64,000 bases of DNA from Lama glama (Eukaryota): assembly GCA_028534125.1 (NCBI GenBank), contig CM052817.1:32552001-32616000 (forward strand). The letters run 5' to 3'. Below the pieces are notes generated by a model. The model did not search any database. It saw only the letters and a program-made list of their open reading frames with translations, and was not told where the DNA came from. The position numbers and the translations under genes are program-made. How positions within the stretch are numbered: position 1 is the stretch's first letter; every line of letters starts with the position of its first letter. Shown here in pieces: positions 38,697 to 52,030 of the stretch.

Positions 38697-40752
38697 CTGC
38701 TGCCTTTCCTCCAGCCCTCTACCCTAACAATAAACCAAATAACAACAAAACCCTGAAACCTTGACCTTTCTCTAAAATCAGTCAGCTCACACAGGTTAGC
38801 ACAGGCCTTCTCCATTCCAGTTTTATAATTGCTTACAAAGATCCTATGCACAAAAGTTCTAATTGTTGTTCATCAAACCAGGAAAAGCTTCAACATTTAT
38901 TTCAAATAGATAAAGATCAAAAGAGAAGGAGGAGGAAAAGAGAGAGGGAGGAGAAAGAGTAAAAGGAAGAGAATGGGGGAAAATAGGAGGGGAAGGAGGA
39001 CGAGAGCAAAAGACTAGCAAATCAGCCTCTGATAAGCCAGATGAGGTTGTGATGATAGCCTGTTGCTACCTCTTGTTTCTTCCTGGCTTCACCAAGTGAA
39101 CATTTCACCATCTCTCAGTTCTCAGTGTAATCATCACTTTTATAGGGAAATCTTCCCTGACTTCTCTGCCCAGGTTCAGACCCCCATTATGGGTTCCCTT
39201 GACACTACATACCTCTCTTTCCTATTCTCTAAGATAGACCACATGTTAGACCACAAAAGAAGTCTCAATAAATTTTAAAAGACTGATGTTGTATAAAGTA
39301 TCTTTTCCAACCACAGTGGAATGAAATTAGAAATCAATAAAAGAAGGAAATCTGGATTATTCACTAATGTGTGGAAATGAAACAACACACTCTTAAACAA
39401 AGAAGAAAACACAAAGGAAGTTAGAAAACACTTTGAGAGACTCATGAAAACTAAAATACAACATACCAAAACTTGTGAGATACAGCAAAAACAGTGCTCA
39501 GAGGGAAATTTATAGCTACAAACATGCTAAAAAAAAATCTCAAATCTCTAACATAGCCTTCCACCTGAAAGAACTAGGGGAAAAAAAAGCAAACTAAACC
39601 CAAAGCAACAGAAATAAAAGTGATTACAAGAAAATACTCCAGGCAATTTTATGCCAACAAGTTTGATGACCTAGATGAACTGACCAAATTCCTAGAAATA
39701 CACAAGCTACCAAACCTGACTCAAAGTAGAAACAGAAAATCTGAGTCAACATATAACTAGTAATAAAGCTGAATCAATCAGCAAAAAAACTTCCATCAAG
39801 AAAAATTCAAAATCAGATAGCTTCAATGGTGAATTTTATCAAATGTTTAATATCAATCCCTCTCAAACCCTTCAGAAAAATAGAGGAGAGGAGGGAACAC
39901 TTTCTAACTCATTCTATGAGGCCAGTATTTCTTTGATACCAAACTAGATAAAGACATCACAAGAAAAAAATTATAAACCAATATCTTTTAAAAATATCAA
40001 TGCAAAAATTCTCACCAAAATACTAGCAAACCAAATCAAGCAACAGAAAAATATGCTATGATCAAGTGAGATTTATCCCAAAATGCATGGGTGATTAAAC
40101 ACATGAAAGTAAATCAGTGTAATGCACAGCATTGATAGAATGAAAAAATAACCACATGATCACCTCAACTGATGTAGAAAAGCATTTGACAAAATCCAAT
40201 ACCCTGTCATGATAAAAACACTCAACAAAGTAGGATTAGAAGGGAACTTCAACATGATAAAGGACACCTATGAAAAACTCTAGATAGCATCATACTCAAA
40301 GGTGAAAGACTAGAAGATTCCCCCCCAAGAACAGGAACAGACAAGGATACTGTTTTTTGCCTCCTTTATTCAACACTCTACTGGAAATTCTAGCCAGAGC
40401 AACTAGCAAATAAGAAGTAATAAGCATTTAAATTCAAAGAAGGTAGTAAAGTTTTCTTTCTTTGCAGATGATTTAATCTTATACTGTATAGAAAATCCTT
40501 TAAAAATATGTTAAAAATTATTGTAACTAATAAATGAATTCATCAAAGTTGCAGAATACAAGACCAAAATAGAAAAATCAGTTATATTTCTATATTATTA
40601 CAATGAACAATCATGAAATGAAGAACACATTTCCATTTATAATAGCATCAAAAAGAATAAAATACTTAAGAATAAATTTAACCGAGGAAATGAAATCCTT
40701 GTATGCTGAAAGCTACAAAACATTGTTAAAAGAAAATTTTAAAATCTTAATA

Positions 40753-41612
40753 GGCGAGAGACAGAAAAGATGGCAGAGTAGAAGGAAGCTCGTAAGTCAC
40801 CCTCTCCCACAAATACACCAAGACCCACATCTACAGATCCACTCAGCCAACCAGAGCACCTGCGGAACTCTGACAGAACATCGCCCTCTTCAAAAGATAA
40901 ACCCGCGGAAGTTTTTCGGGGGAAGAGAGGCGGGGCTCAGGCACAGCCACCATATTCTCCGGCGCTGAGCACCCAGGNNNNNNNNNNNNNNNNNNNNNNN
41001 NNNNNNNNNNNNNNNNNNNNNNNNNNNNNNNNNNNNNNNNNNNNNNNNNNNNNNNNNNNNNNNNNNNNNNNNNNNNNNNNNNNNNNNNNNNNNNNNNNNN
41101 NNNNNNNNNNNNNNNNNNNNNNNNNNNNNNNNNNNNNNNNNNNNNNNNNNNNNNNNNNNNNNNNNNNNNNNNNNNNNNNNNNNNNNNNNNNNNNNNNNNN
41201 NNNNNNNNNNNNNNNNNNNNNNNNNNNNNNNNNNNNNNNNNNNNNNNNNNNNNNNNNNNNNNNNNNNNNNNNNNNNNNNNNNNNNNNNNNNNNNNNNNNN
41301 NNNNNNNNNNNNNNNNNNNNNNNNNNNNNNNNNNNNNNNNNNNNNNNNNNNNNNNNNNNNNNNNNNNNNNNNNNNNNNNNNNNNNNNNNNNNNNNNNNNN
41401 NNNNNNNNNNNNNNNNNNNNNNNNNNNNNNNNNNNNNNNNNNNNNNNNNNNNNNNNNNNNNNNNNNNNNNNNNNNNNATGTTATGATAACTCACAGAGAA
41501 AAAAATGTGACAATGAGTGTGTATATGTCCATGAATGACTGAAAAATTGTGCTGAACACTGGAATTTGACACAACATTGTAAAATGATTATAAATCAATA
41601 AAAAATGTTAAA
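40753..41612 (+). mobile_element. Young camelid L1 with 5'UTR and 3' end; body lost in the assembly gap
   Basis: GC/CpG-rich 5'UTR start with aagatggc (40753-40977), 500 N, then L1 3'UTR (41478-41612); perfect TSD aaaatcttaata at 40741-40752 and 41613-41624. Confidence 0.85.
40978..41477. other. Assembly gap, 500 N
   Basis: Run of N. Confidence 1.
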
Positions 41613-42499
41613 AAAATCTTAATAAATGAAAAAATGTAGGGATAAGTATTCATGTCCTTAAATTTGACAATGGACTCTTAGAAACAACACCAAGAATGTG
41701 AGCAACAAAAAGGAAATATACATAAATTGGATTTCATCAGAATTTAAAACTTTCATATCTCAAAGCATACTTCAGTTAAGTGGAAAGACAACACACAGAA
41801 TGTGAAAAAATAATTACAAATCATATATCTGATAAAGATCTAGTATTCAGAATATATTTTGAAAATATCCTTCCAATGCAAAAACAAAAAGACAAATACC
41901 CAATTATGGAAAATAAATTGATGATTCCTCAAAGAGTTAAACATAGGCTTCATATGACACAGCAATTCCTCCTGTAGGTACATACCAAAGAGAGCTGAAA
42001 ACATGGGTTACACAAAACTCGTACACTTATATCCAATGCAGCATTATTCCCAATAGCCAACAGGTGTAAACAATGCAATTTCCATTAACTGATGAATGGA
42101 TAAGTGAAATGCGGTACATCCATACAATGGAATATTATTCAATTACAAAAAATGAATTTCTAATACATGCTACAACATAAATGAGACCAGAAAACATCAT
42201 GATAAGTAAAAGAAACCATATGTATGATTCCATTTATATGAAATGTGAAGAACAGACAAACTCATAGGGACAGAAAGTAAACTGATAATTGTCCGGGACT
42301 GGAGGATGAGGGAAGCGGGAAGTGACTTTTATTGGTAAGAGGTTTCTTTTGGGGTGATGGAAATATTCTGGAAAAAGTGGTAATGGTTGCACAACATTGT
42401 AAATATCATAAAAACAACTGTACTGTTTGCTTTAAAATAGATAAAATGTTAGTGGGAAACTACTGGCGTATCTTATCCTTAAGTAAAATATCATAAAGC

Positions 42500-44388
42500 T
42501 GGAATAAAAATGAATGAACTAAAAAAATTAATCAACTAGAAAATAGAAAAACACTTATAAAATGAATGAAAACAAAAGGTGATTTTTTGAGAGGATCGAT
42601 AAAATTGACAAACTTTTAGCCAGACTTAGGGAAAAAAGGGAAAATACACAAATCATCAGGATGAGGAATGGGCAGGATGACATCATTACTAGAATTCTAG
42701 GATAAGAGAATATTATGAACAACTTTACAACAAAAGTTCAACAACTAAGATGAAATGGGCTAATTCTTAAAAGACACAAATTACTAATGCTTAAAAAGAA
42801 TATATATATATTATAATATATTCTGTATATATTAAAAAAAAACTGAACTTGTAGTTCAACTTTCTCACAAGTAAAACCCCAGACCCAAATAGCCTCACTA
42901 GGGAATTCTATCAAATACTTAAGGAAATGCTAAGAAAAATTAAATATACAAATAAATGGAGAGATACACAGTGTTCTTGGATCAGAAGACTCAATATTGC
43001 TAAGATATTAATTCTCTGCAAATCAACCTACAGATTCGGCACAATCCCAACACAAAATCTCAAGGGGGTTTTTTAGAGAAGTTGACAAGAGGATTGTAAA
43101 ATTTGTATGGAAATACAAAGAGCCTAAAATAGCCAAAACACTTTTGAAAAAGGAGAAGTTGAAGACCTGTCTTTAAGACTTATTATAAACCAAGACAGTG
43201 TGATATTGGCTGTCAAGATGGGCAAATACATCAAGAGAGCAGAATAACGAGTCCAGAAATAGACCTACCCATATATGGTCAATTAATTTTCAACGAAGAT
43301 GTAAGGACACGTCAGTAGAGAAAGGATAGTCTTTTCAACAAACAGTGCTGGAAAGATGGTATATTCGTGTGTAAAACAGTCAATTCCAGAGCATCCCATA
43401 TACAAAAGTTAACTCAAAATGTATCACAGACCTAAACGTAATGGTGTAAGTACTCTGGAAACCTCTCTGGCAGTTTCTAAAAATGCTGAACATACACCTA
43501 GCACATAACCCAGGCATTTCTCTCTTAGGCATTTATCAAAGAGAAATGAAAGATTATGTCCATACAGAGACATACATAAATGTCCTCAGCAGCTTTATTT
43601 GTGTTTATCATAATCACAACCTGGAAACAATCCAGCTGCCCATCAACAAGTACCTTAGTCTGTTCAGGCTGCTATAACAAAATACCACAACTGACTAGCT
43701 TATGAATAACAGAAATTTATCTCTCACAGCTGGAGGCTGGCAGTCTGAGATCAGAGGGCCTCTTCTGGGCTGCAGGCTTTCTACTGTATCCTCACATTGG
43801 CAGAAGAGGCAGGCAAGCTCTCTGGGGCCTCTTCTTATAAAGGCACTCATCCCATCCCTGAAGCCTCTGTCCTCATAACCTGATCACTTCCCCAAGGCCC
43901 CACTTCCTAATTCATCACTTGGGCCTTACCTTTCAAAGTATAAATTTCAGGGGGAAAACAAGCATTCACACCATGACAACGGGTGAGTAGAAAAACAAAT
44001 TATGCTATATCCATACAATGGAAGAATACTCAACAGTAAAAATGAATGTGCTTTTGCTACATGCAAAAACACAGGTGAATCACAAGGCAGACAAGAAGGT
44101 ATACATGCTCTATCATTCCATCTATATAAAATTCTAGAAAATGCTAACTGAAACAGGATGACAAAGAGAAGATCAGTGGTTGCTAGAAACGAGGGAGGCA
44201 GGAAAATGAGGGAGGCAAGAATTAAAAAGGAACATAAGGAAACTTTTGAGAGTGGAGGATATATCCATTATCTTAATTGGGCTGATGGCTTCATAAACAT
44301 GCTCATATGTCAAAATTTATCACACTGTACCCTTTAAACATGGGTAGTTTATCCTTCTTCAATTATACCTTAATAAAGCTGTTTAAAG
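42500..44388 (+). mobile_element. Old L1MD/ME-type LINE interrupted by MLT1A
   Basis: ggatcagaagactcaatattg, gtccagaaatagacc, caattataccttaataaagctgtt. Confidence 0.85.
43651..43978 (-). mobile_element. MLT1A-type MaLR solo LTR
   Basis: cttagtctgttcaggctgctataacaaaatacca...aggccccacttcctaat...cattcacaccatgaca; degenerate TSD acaag/acggg. Confidence 0.9.
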
Positions 44389-45723
44389 AAATAACTATAT
44401 TTTCCAAAACAAATTTTGTGAGAACAGTGTCATTGCTTGACATTTTTGCACATCTGTTTTATGTCATGCTTAATAAAAGACAGCTGGATGCTCATAGCTG
44501 CTTGCTGCGTTCAGTACATTGCATTACATTGTTTAAGTTTACATATATAAAGAAAACCCATCTTCATACAAATATATGGTTGGAAAAGGGAGAAATAGTT
44601 CGACAGCCTTTTCAGATGATTATGGATATTCTTTCTCGATAGCGCAACAGAACTTGACAAATGGCAGTTTCTTAAAGGGTAATTTCAGTGTGGATTAAAC
44701 CAGATTAATTAATTTTCCACACTTGGTTATATTAAAACCCTTTGGTCCATTTTATAGTGTGAGTGGATCTTTTCCCATGCAGAGTTGTATAACAGCACGC
44801 ATTGGTCATTTAGAGAATATTGGTTCGCTGAGTTATGCAGATCTTACCGATTGTTGACACATTTCATTTTATATATAATATCACTTTAATGTAATATCAA
44901 TATTATATAAAAAATGAAATATGTCAACATCTGAAAAGTCTGTGTGTGTACGTATTTCAATAATATACCACTGACCTTATCACACAGTCTTCAAGTATTG
45001 AAAAGCTGTCAAATTCTAATTTCCACTTGAAAACTCAAATTTTGTAACTGGCAACAGATGCTGTTAGTGATTTTTCTTGAAATAACAGTCTCATTTTATT
45101 CATTTTCTAGAAAATGTCCACCAAACATTCAAATCTAAATAACCATAGTTTCCATGTCAGTCATTCGTTCAAAAAATAGTTTTTCCCTAAAAAAAGTGGC
45201 TAGTTCAGCTTGCAACTCAATCTCACGAGGGCTTTTCCTGGGGACAACCATCATACCTTGGCATGCAGCAAAAGGGCTTTTTATGCACACATCTCATTTT
45301 GTAACACCAAATGTCAAAAAGCTGTTTACTCGATGGTTGAGATTTAATATGATTAGTTTTACATCAAGGACATTCTTTTTTTTTTTTTTGGTGGGGGGAG
45401 GTAATTATTCATGTATTCATTCTTGGAGGAGGTTTGAACCCAGGACTTCCTGCATGCTAAGTATGCGCTCTACCACTTGAGCTATACCTTCCCCCTAAGG
45501 ATATTCTTAAGTGAAGCTGGTAATTCTTTTTTCTATGGGTACATGATAGTGAATTAGGTATCAGGTGAAAGTACAGTTTGGTGTCACTGCTTTCATTTTT
45601 GCTGCATCGTTAGCAGTTTTACCTAGCATTGTTTTTGAACTATCAGTCCAAACATTAACACAGTTAAAAAAAAAAGTCTCTGGGACCCCCATAGGTCCAC
45701 AGACCACACTTTACAAAATGCCG
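44389..45723 (-). mobile_element. Charlie1a-like hAT DNA transposon
   Basis: Minus strand encodes SEKAVELFLPFPTIYLYEDGFS (Charlie dimerisation motif); terminus gggacccc..ggtccacagaccacacttt. Confidence 0.9.
45378..45495 (-). mobile_element. Camelid tRNA-derived SINE (Vic-1-like) inside Charlie1
   Basis: T tail, gggggaggtaatta, gaacccaggacttcctgcatgctaagtatgcgctctaccacttgagctataccttcccc; TSD aagga(c/t)attctt at 45366-45377 and 45497-45508. Confidence 0.93.
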
Positions 45724-45824
45724 CCTTAGCCTGAAAGCACAATGACTTGTGCTTGACTCGCATCATCCTTCCTGGAAATCAGCGCACCCTTAACAAGTCT
45801 AGCCAAGCTGAAGAATCCTACCTC

Positions 45825-46155
45825 ACTCATCACCTAAGTATTTACTGAGTGCCTACTCTGGGCTAGGTCCAATTCTAGGCACTGAGAATAGTGAATGAGA
45901 CGTAAGACTCACTCCCTTAGATCCTACAGTCTAAAAGGGACAGACAGGCAACAAACAAAAAAGGAACAATAATAAACAAAAAGTAAATACTTAGGATGCC
46001 TGATGATGACAGCGTTACGGTGAAGCAAACATGTTTAGGGGACAGAGAGTGCTGGGGGGAAGGGGCGTGGTTTACACTGGGTGTCGGGGAAAGCCTCACT
46101 GAGAAGATGTTTGAATTAAATCCTAAAAGAAGAAGAAAAGAGCTGAGTGTGCAGG
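45825..46155 (-). mobile_element. L2a 3' region
   Basis: aagtatttactgagtgcctact...ttctaggcactgagaata...gaaagcctcactgagaag. Confidence 0.85.
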
Positions 46156-46159
46156 AAAT

Positions 46160-47120
46160 TACTACAAAACAGATACACACACATGGACATTGCAATAAAG
46201 CATCATGGAGTTATTATAAGTCTTCAAAGAAGAATGTCCAGTTTTGAAAGTTGATGCAACATTGCAAATATTTACAAGCTTAGAAATTAAAATTTAAAGA
46301 TCATCACATTTAGTGGAAAAGAGCACCGTTTTCACAGGAAACTTCAGATGAACCACTTATTACTAAGGAAGACAAATTTAAAATTAATTTCTCTGTAAGA
46401 TACAGCAATAAAGTAGATAAAAGGGCATTTTGACACATATACAATTCATGAAGCCATATTCAGTTTCTTGAGCTGCTTCTACAAGTTACAAGCACTGTCA
46501 GAGGAAACATTAAAATATTATTATATAAATTTATACTTAACATTAAATTCAGACTTACACTGAGCAGATTTGTATGAAGACTTAAATCTTTTTAAAAAAT
46601 TGTTCTGTGTGAATCATAGATGTACAAAAATTTACATTTTCAAATAATTTATCAAAATGTGTCCCAGTGTTGTTACAAACTGTAAAGTAATCTTAATAAC
46701 TCCAGTAACAGTTGTGTTAGCATAAAATCTTTCTCAAAATTAAAACTGAACAAAAATTATTTGCAATCCTGCATTTTCCAAGAGCAACTGATGCCTCTTT
46801 CAGTGATAGCAGTTGAAAATAAAGTTGCTAAAGGGATAAATTTTCATGAACTAATAAGTGAATTTCCAGCGATGTAAGCCAGAAAAATCTTATGATCGAT
46901 CAAGTTATCACGTTAATTATAATTATGTATTGTATCACGTAAAAATACGGCACTACAAAAACTTCTTTCAGTTTGCAAATTTTTGTTGTTACTCATATAT
47001 CACTCTTAATCCTATTAAATTTTATAAGTAATAAAATGTTTTTCATGGAAAAAGTTTTATGTTTTAGTAAATTTAACAGCACTTCCCCACCCCCACCAGT
47101 TTTTTAATAAAAAGCACTTA
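46160..47120 (+). mobile_element. Zaphod-like (hAT-Tip100) transposase remnant
   Basis: 46660-46895 translates with one frameshift as PSVVTNCKVILITPVTVVLA*/SFSKLKLNKNYLQSCIFQEQLMPLSVIAVENKVAKGINFHELISEF. Confidence 0.85.
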
Positions 47121-49147
47121 TCTGACAAAGACACCTGACAAAGTTTTTGCTGGATCTCGGTGTACTCTAATCAGAAGCATACTTCAAACCCTCCGCATCG
47201 TCCACACACCAACGGTGCAGGGCCTGGACCAGGACTTTATCTTCAGGTGCCTGCCTAGATGGACAATGAGTGATGCCCATCACAGGGATATCTTGACTTC
47301 TCTTATGGGCAACGCCAGGACACTCAGAAACTATTTTTCAAAAGATATTGATTGGAATATGGAGACTAAATAAACAAACCAATTATCACACATAGTTTAG
47401 TTAACTGTGACCACATCCATCTCAGAGGGAGGATATTTTTTCCACACAAAAGTAGTTTTACTCGAGACCAATATTAATGTCGTTGACTGAAGTCCAAGTG
47501 GAAAGAAGAAACTTATTCTCCAGACCTATAGGTTCCAGCTGGGGTCTAAATGAGAGCCAAACATGTCTGGGCACATTTGGCAAATTGGTGGGGTGGGTCT
47601 GCCAAATATTGACGAGCAGGAGGATGGAAGGCCTCCCAGGAGAACTTGTCCTGGGGGAAGAAGATGAATAAAAGCAACTGGGCCCAGTGAAGCATCTGCA
47701 GTGACTAGAGAGGAGGGGTGGCTCCTCTATGGTCCAACCCCATAGCTGGGTCCTAGTGTTAAGGAGAAGAAAGCAAAAACTGTAACAGCTACTTGACTAG
47801 AGGGTGTGACTGTAAAGGAGATGATAAGGCAGGCTAAATGACTCCAGCTGATGACCAAGGGGAAGAAAGGCAGGACCTTTCTCTTATCCCCCAGCTGGCT
47901 CCTTGGTTCCAAGGACATAGCCATACTGCAAGATATTTTCTGTCCCACAACTGCTGCATCAATCTGAAGGACGTACCCCACTGACTCTTTCTCCCCCTGA
48001 AGTTTCTGTTTTAGGGCTGAGCTCCACAGGAGAAAAGAGCAGTAATAAAATGCTCGGCACCGCCAGAATGAAGATAATGATGACAGAACCTTCAATAGAA
48101 TACCTTGAGGCCCGGTCTGGGGCTGAAGTGTCCCCACTGGCTATCCACCAGACGGCTCCCTGCTCCGCTGTTTTCTCCTCTCTCTCAGCAGTGAAAACAG
48201 CTCTTTTTTTCACTGTGTCCCTCTGACTCTATTGAGAATTCTTAGTCAGTGGGCAAGGATTCACACATGTGATCGGGGGTACTTGCCCACCACCTGCTCA
48301 GTGGGCTTTCCAATTTGGGGGTCCCTTTACCCACTAACAATGGGAGCAGAAGCAGCACTAGTATAGGGCACCTTTCCCGGAGTGTGGCACAATGGAAGTG
48401 CAGACAGTCACACGGAGAGAGATGGCGGAGGGGCATGGATCTCCATCCACTTTCCCCAACCTTCAATCCATTCTCCAGCCAGCAGCCAGAGGAATCTTTA
48501 AAAAACAATCAAACAAGCTCTGCCTAGAACCTATCAGATTGCTCTAAGGACATGGCTTCTCTATGGTAAGATCTTGAGGTGGAGACCAAGCTTAAGTCAC
48601 AAGCAAGAACACTAAACAGCTATACAGATGACAATGAGGGGAATTATTTTCACTGCTAGGGAAGATGAAGGAAAAGAGTGAAGAAATAAGAGCTGCATCC
48701 CAAACCATCAGAGAGTTCCCATGGATGCTTGGTGTGGAGGTACATTAGTAGTTGCTGGTGTCCAGGATAAAAAGGGGCCAGAAGAACCCAAGTTCCCCTG
48801 GTATTTGATGGAAATCCCCAGGAGACCTTTGGTCTTTCACGTACCATGGAATGGCAGTGTTCAAATGAATCTCATCTAGATCTCAAAGAATAGGGAGTTC
48901 CTGGCTGACTTCTGAGATGACATTGAATTAAAGGAATGAATGAATGAATAAATGAATGAATTGTAGGCATCAGGTACTATGAAGCTAGACTGGAGGATTT
49001 CAGCATTTTATATACTTCAGTACTCATAGGGTAGTCTAGAAGAGTGATGCCTGAGTGTCCAATACTCCAAAGGCTATCTATCTATTTGATTAGAAATACC
49101 TCTTGAGAATACTTCTAGTACTTTAGCCCTAGATTTCTAGTTATTAT

Positions 49148-50257
49148 GAGCCTAAAACCTTGAGGTCAACCTTGTCTTCTGCCTTCCTCTCATAACCCAC
49201 ATCCAAGCTGTCAGTAGACCCTAATAAGTCTGCCTTCAGAACATATCTAGCATCTGACCATTTCTCACCAGTCCACTGCTACCACCCCAGTCCAAGCCAC
49301 CATTGTCTCTTGCCTGGGTTATTGCTGTAGCCTCTTCACTGGTCTCCCTGCTTCCACATTTGCCTTTTTTGGAATTGTTCTCAACTCTTTTAAAAGTTGT
49401 CAGGTCATGCCACCCCAGCTCAAACCCCAATCTTAGTAGTTGTTTCCATGCCTTGGTTATCAGGAATGATACTGCTGTGAATATGAGAGCGCACATAGCT
49501 CTTTGAGATAATGATTTTTCCCCCTTTGGATGTGTATGTAGAAGTGGGATTGCTGAATCGTATGGTGGTTCTATGTTTAATTCCTTGAGGAGCCTCCATA
49601 CTGTTTTCCATGGTGGCTGTACCAGTCAACATGGATAGATGTAATTAGCTCAATGGCAGAAATCTTTTCACAGTGTTTACATATATCAAATCATCACCTT
49701 GTATACTTGAAATATCTTATGATTTTGTCAATTATACCTCAGTAAAGTCCTTTATGGCCTCCAAAGCCCTATGTGATTTGCCTGCCCTCCCCCTGGCTAT
49801 TCACTTTATCTCCGACCGTGATCCCATTGCTCTCTTCCCTCAGCCACACGGGCTTCCTGGCTTTTCCTGCTGCTTCCCGGGGAGCTTACACTAGACATTC
49901 CTGCTGCCCGGAAGATTCTTTCTCCAAATAGCTGCATGGCTGCTCCCTCACTTTCCACAAGACTCTGCTCAAGTGTCACTTTCCCCGTGAAGCCTTTTCT
50001 GGCCACCCTTTACAAATGCAAAGCTGCCCACCTCCTGGGACACTTCCTATTTCCATTCCCTGCCTCATTTTTCTCTTAATATATATCATCACCTGCCATA
50101 GGATGTCTTGCACTAAATGGTTTTGTTTATTGTCTGGCCAATAGAGTGAAAGCCCCACGGGGGCAGGGATTTTTGTCTGGTTTATCAGAAGTGTATCCCT
50201 AGCTCCACCAACAGTACCTGACCCTGTCCTAGGTGCTCAGTAAATGAATGAACAAAT
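49148..50257 (+). mobile_element. L2a 3' portion interrupted by L1
   Basis: cagtccaagccaccattgtctcttgcctgg...; resumes aaagtcctttatggcct...taggtgctcagtaaatgaatgaa. Confidence 0.9.
49433..49748 (+). mobile_element. L1MA/MB insertion with 5' inversion
   Basis: 49433-49632 is antisense ORF2 end; 49633-49748 is sense 3' end (atatatcaaatcatcac...caattatacctcagtaaag). Confidence 0.75.
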
Positions 50258-51570
50258 ACAGTTGTCATTCTAACTCTGCTCTGAGGCCATTGCTCCTGGA
50301 AAACCTCGATTTAAATATTTATAACCCTCTTAACACCAGCCCTCCCCTGGCATCTGGCAGTGATATGTGAAGTAAATGGTGCCTGGAAAAATACAGTCCA
50401 TCTCAGAAGCCTTAGAGACATTGGTAGGACAACAGAGATTACGGTTTTAGCTTGTTTCCTCGCATCATTCATAAATCTAGAGCAGAGACTGGCAGGGAAC
50501 AAGCCGGCCCAGGCTGCACAGCTGTTAGAAGGGACCTCTGATAGCCCCCCTACCCCACCCCCAAGAAGTCCAGTGATCCTGTCCGAGAACCAGCTGGGCT
50601 CTGGCAAAATCCCCAAAGCTCGGCCTCAGCACAGGAAGCACCAGTTCTCCGCTCTGGGCCTGCTGACTGGCCCTTCCGCACAGAAGAATCCTGGACTAAC
50701 CTCTGGCTTCTCCTGGCCGGTCAGGCCCCTCCCCAGGGGCCTGCGGTCTCCTTGGGGCTGGAGCGTGAAGGGGCGGTCCCTGCATCCACATCCTTGCAGC
50801 TCCATCGCCCAGATCACGGAGACCCTTATAGTGAGCGCTGTACCAGAAGGGAGCCGTCAGCTCCTATTTGCATCAAAGGTTAGAGCCTTGAAAAAGATTT
50901 GGGACAGACCAGGCAAGCACGATAGGGGAGCTGTTGGGATTCGACACTGTTTCTGCCACCTGGGCTGTTGGCCTCGCTCTGGGCCGGACCTGCACAGCCG
51001 CCACTGCCCCAGGACACCTCTGTAGACTTGCAGTTCCCCGCTAGTCCGGTAGGAGGCAGCATAGCCCCTCCTTGTCTGCTGGGCCTTGGCCACTCCACGG
51101 GCACTGATTCCAGGCTTCTGGCTCAGCAGGAATAAACTCAGAAAAAAGATTTTATCTTCGGAAAACTCTATCACACCTCAAATGTCAAGACTCTCCAAGA
51201 GTCGTCGAGATTTTCCTCCTCCTCTTAAGACCTCAAACTTTAAAACAATCATAAAATAAAAGGAGCCCTTGGGGTTACATCACTTCCAACACCCTCGCTT
51301 AGAGATGAAGAAAAAGAAAAATTAAAGAAATAGAACCAGAAATAGATGAAGAGAAGCAAAGAGACTCAAATCTATATTTTAGTATTTGGTAGCAAATTGC
51401 TAAGTCATCTGAACCAAACATAAAGCAATCAAGGAAAGAGAAAGTATCTGAATGAGGTGTTGGTTATGAATTTCTGGAAGGCAGGACTAAACTTTTAATA
51501 GGAAGACAGCTTATAAAAAGAACACCCAAGCAACCTTTAAGAAGAAACACCTGTACAATGATTTGGACAA

Positions 51571-51890
51571 GCACTGTGCACTAGACATGAGTCACAAAGG
51601 CCAAGCCATGGACATAATTTTTAAGAGGCTGCTAGAAAATTTTTGAAAGGTAAAAAGAAATAAGTGAAATTAATTTTCATAATATTTTAATATTTAACCC
51701 ATATATCAAATATATTTTCTTACCAAGTAATCGATAAAAAGTTATGTGTGAGATCTTTCATGTTCTTTTTCTGCACTAAGTCTTGGAAAGCCGGTGTGTA
51801 TTGTACACTTACAGCACCTCTCAGCACTGACCAGCCACGTTTCAAATTCTCAGAAGCCGTATGCTGGTGGTTGCTGTATTGGACTGTGCG
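51571..51890 (+). mobile_element. MER33 (hAT-Charlie)
   Basis: aaaggtaaaaagaaataagtgaaattaatttt...gtgtattgtacacttacagcacctctca...gtattggactgtgc. Confidence 0.85.
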
Positions 51891-52030
51891 AACAGCAGGT
51901 TCATTCTGGACCTTGCAGAGCTTCAGGACACACTGCCCAGACACCCATGCTCACCAGAGCCCTCTGGAGAAATGTTTTATACAAATGGAATATAATGGGC
52001 TGATAACCTTTGATCAAAAGGAGCTTCCTG

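Larger units (their letters stand above)
39224..42452 (+). mobile_element. Old L1MB-type LINE (ORF2 + 3'UTR) interrupted by a young L1
   Basis: ORF2 remnants (SKIDHMLDHK, PFIIASKRIKYL) to 40752; resumes at 41625; 3'UTR ttttggggtgatggaaatattctgg. Confidence 0.9.

Noticed and set aside
40937..41572. 211-aa ORF
   Set aside because: Artefact of reading through the N gap
50360..51025. Longest real-sequence ORF (221 aa)
   Set aside because: GTG start, no recognisable domain, Pro/Arg/Gly/Ser bias expected from GC-rich DNA, no splice evidence
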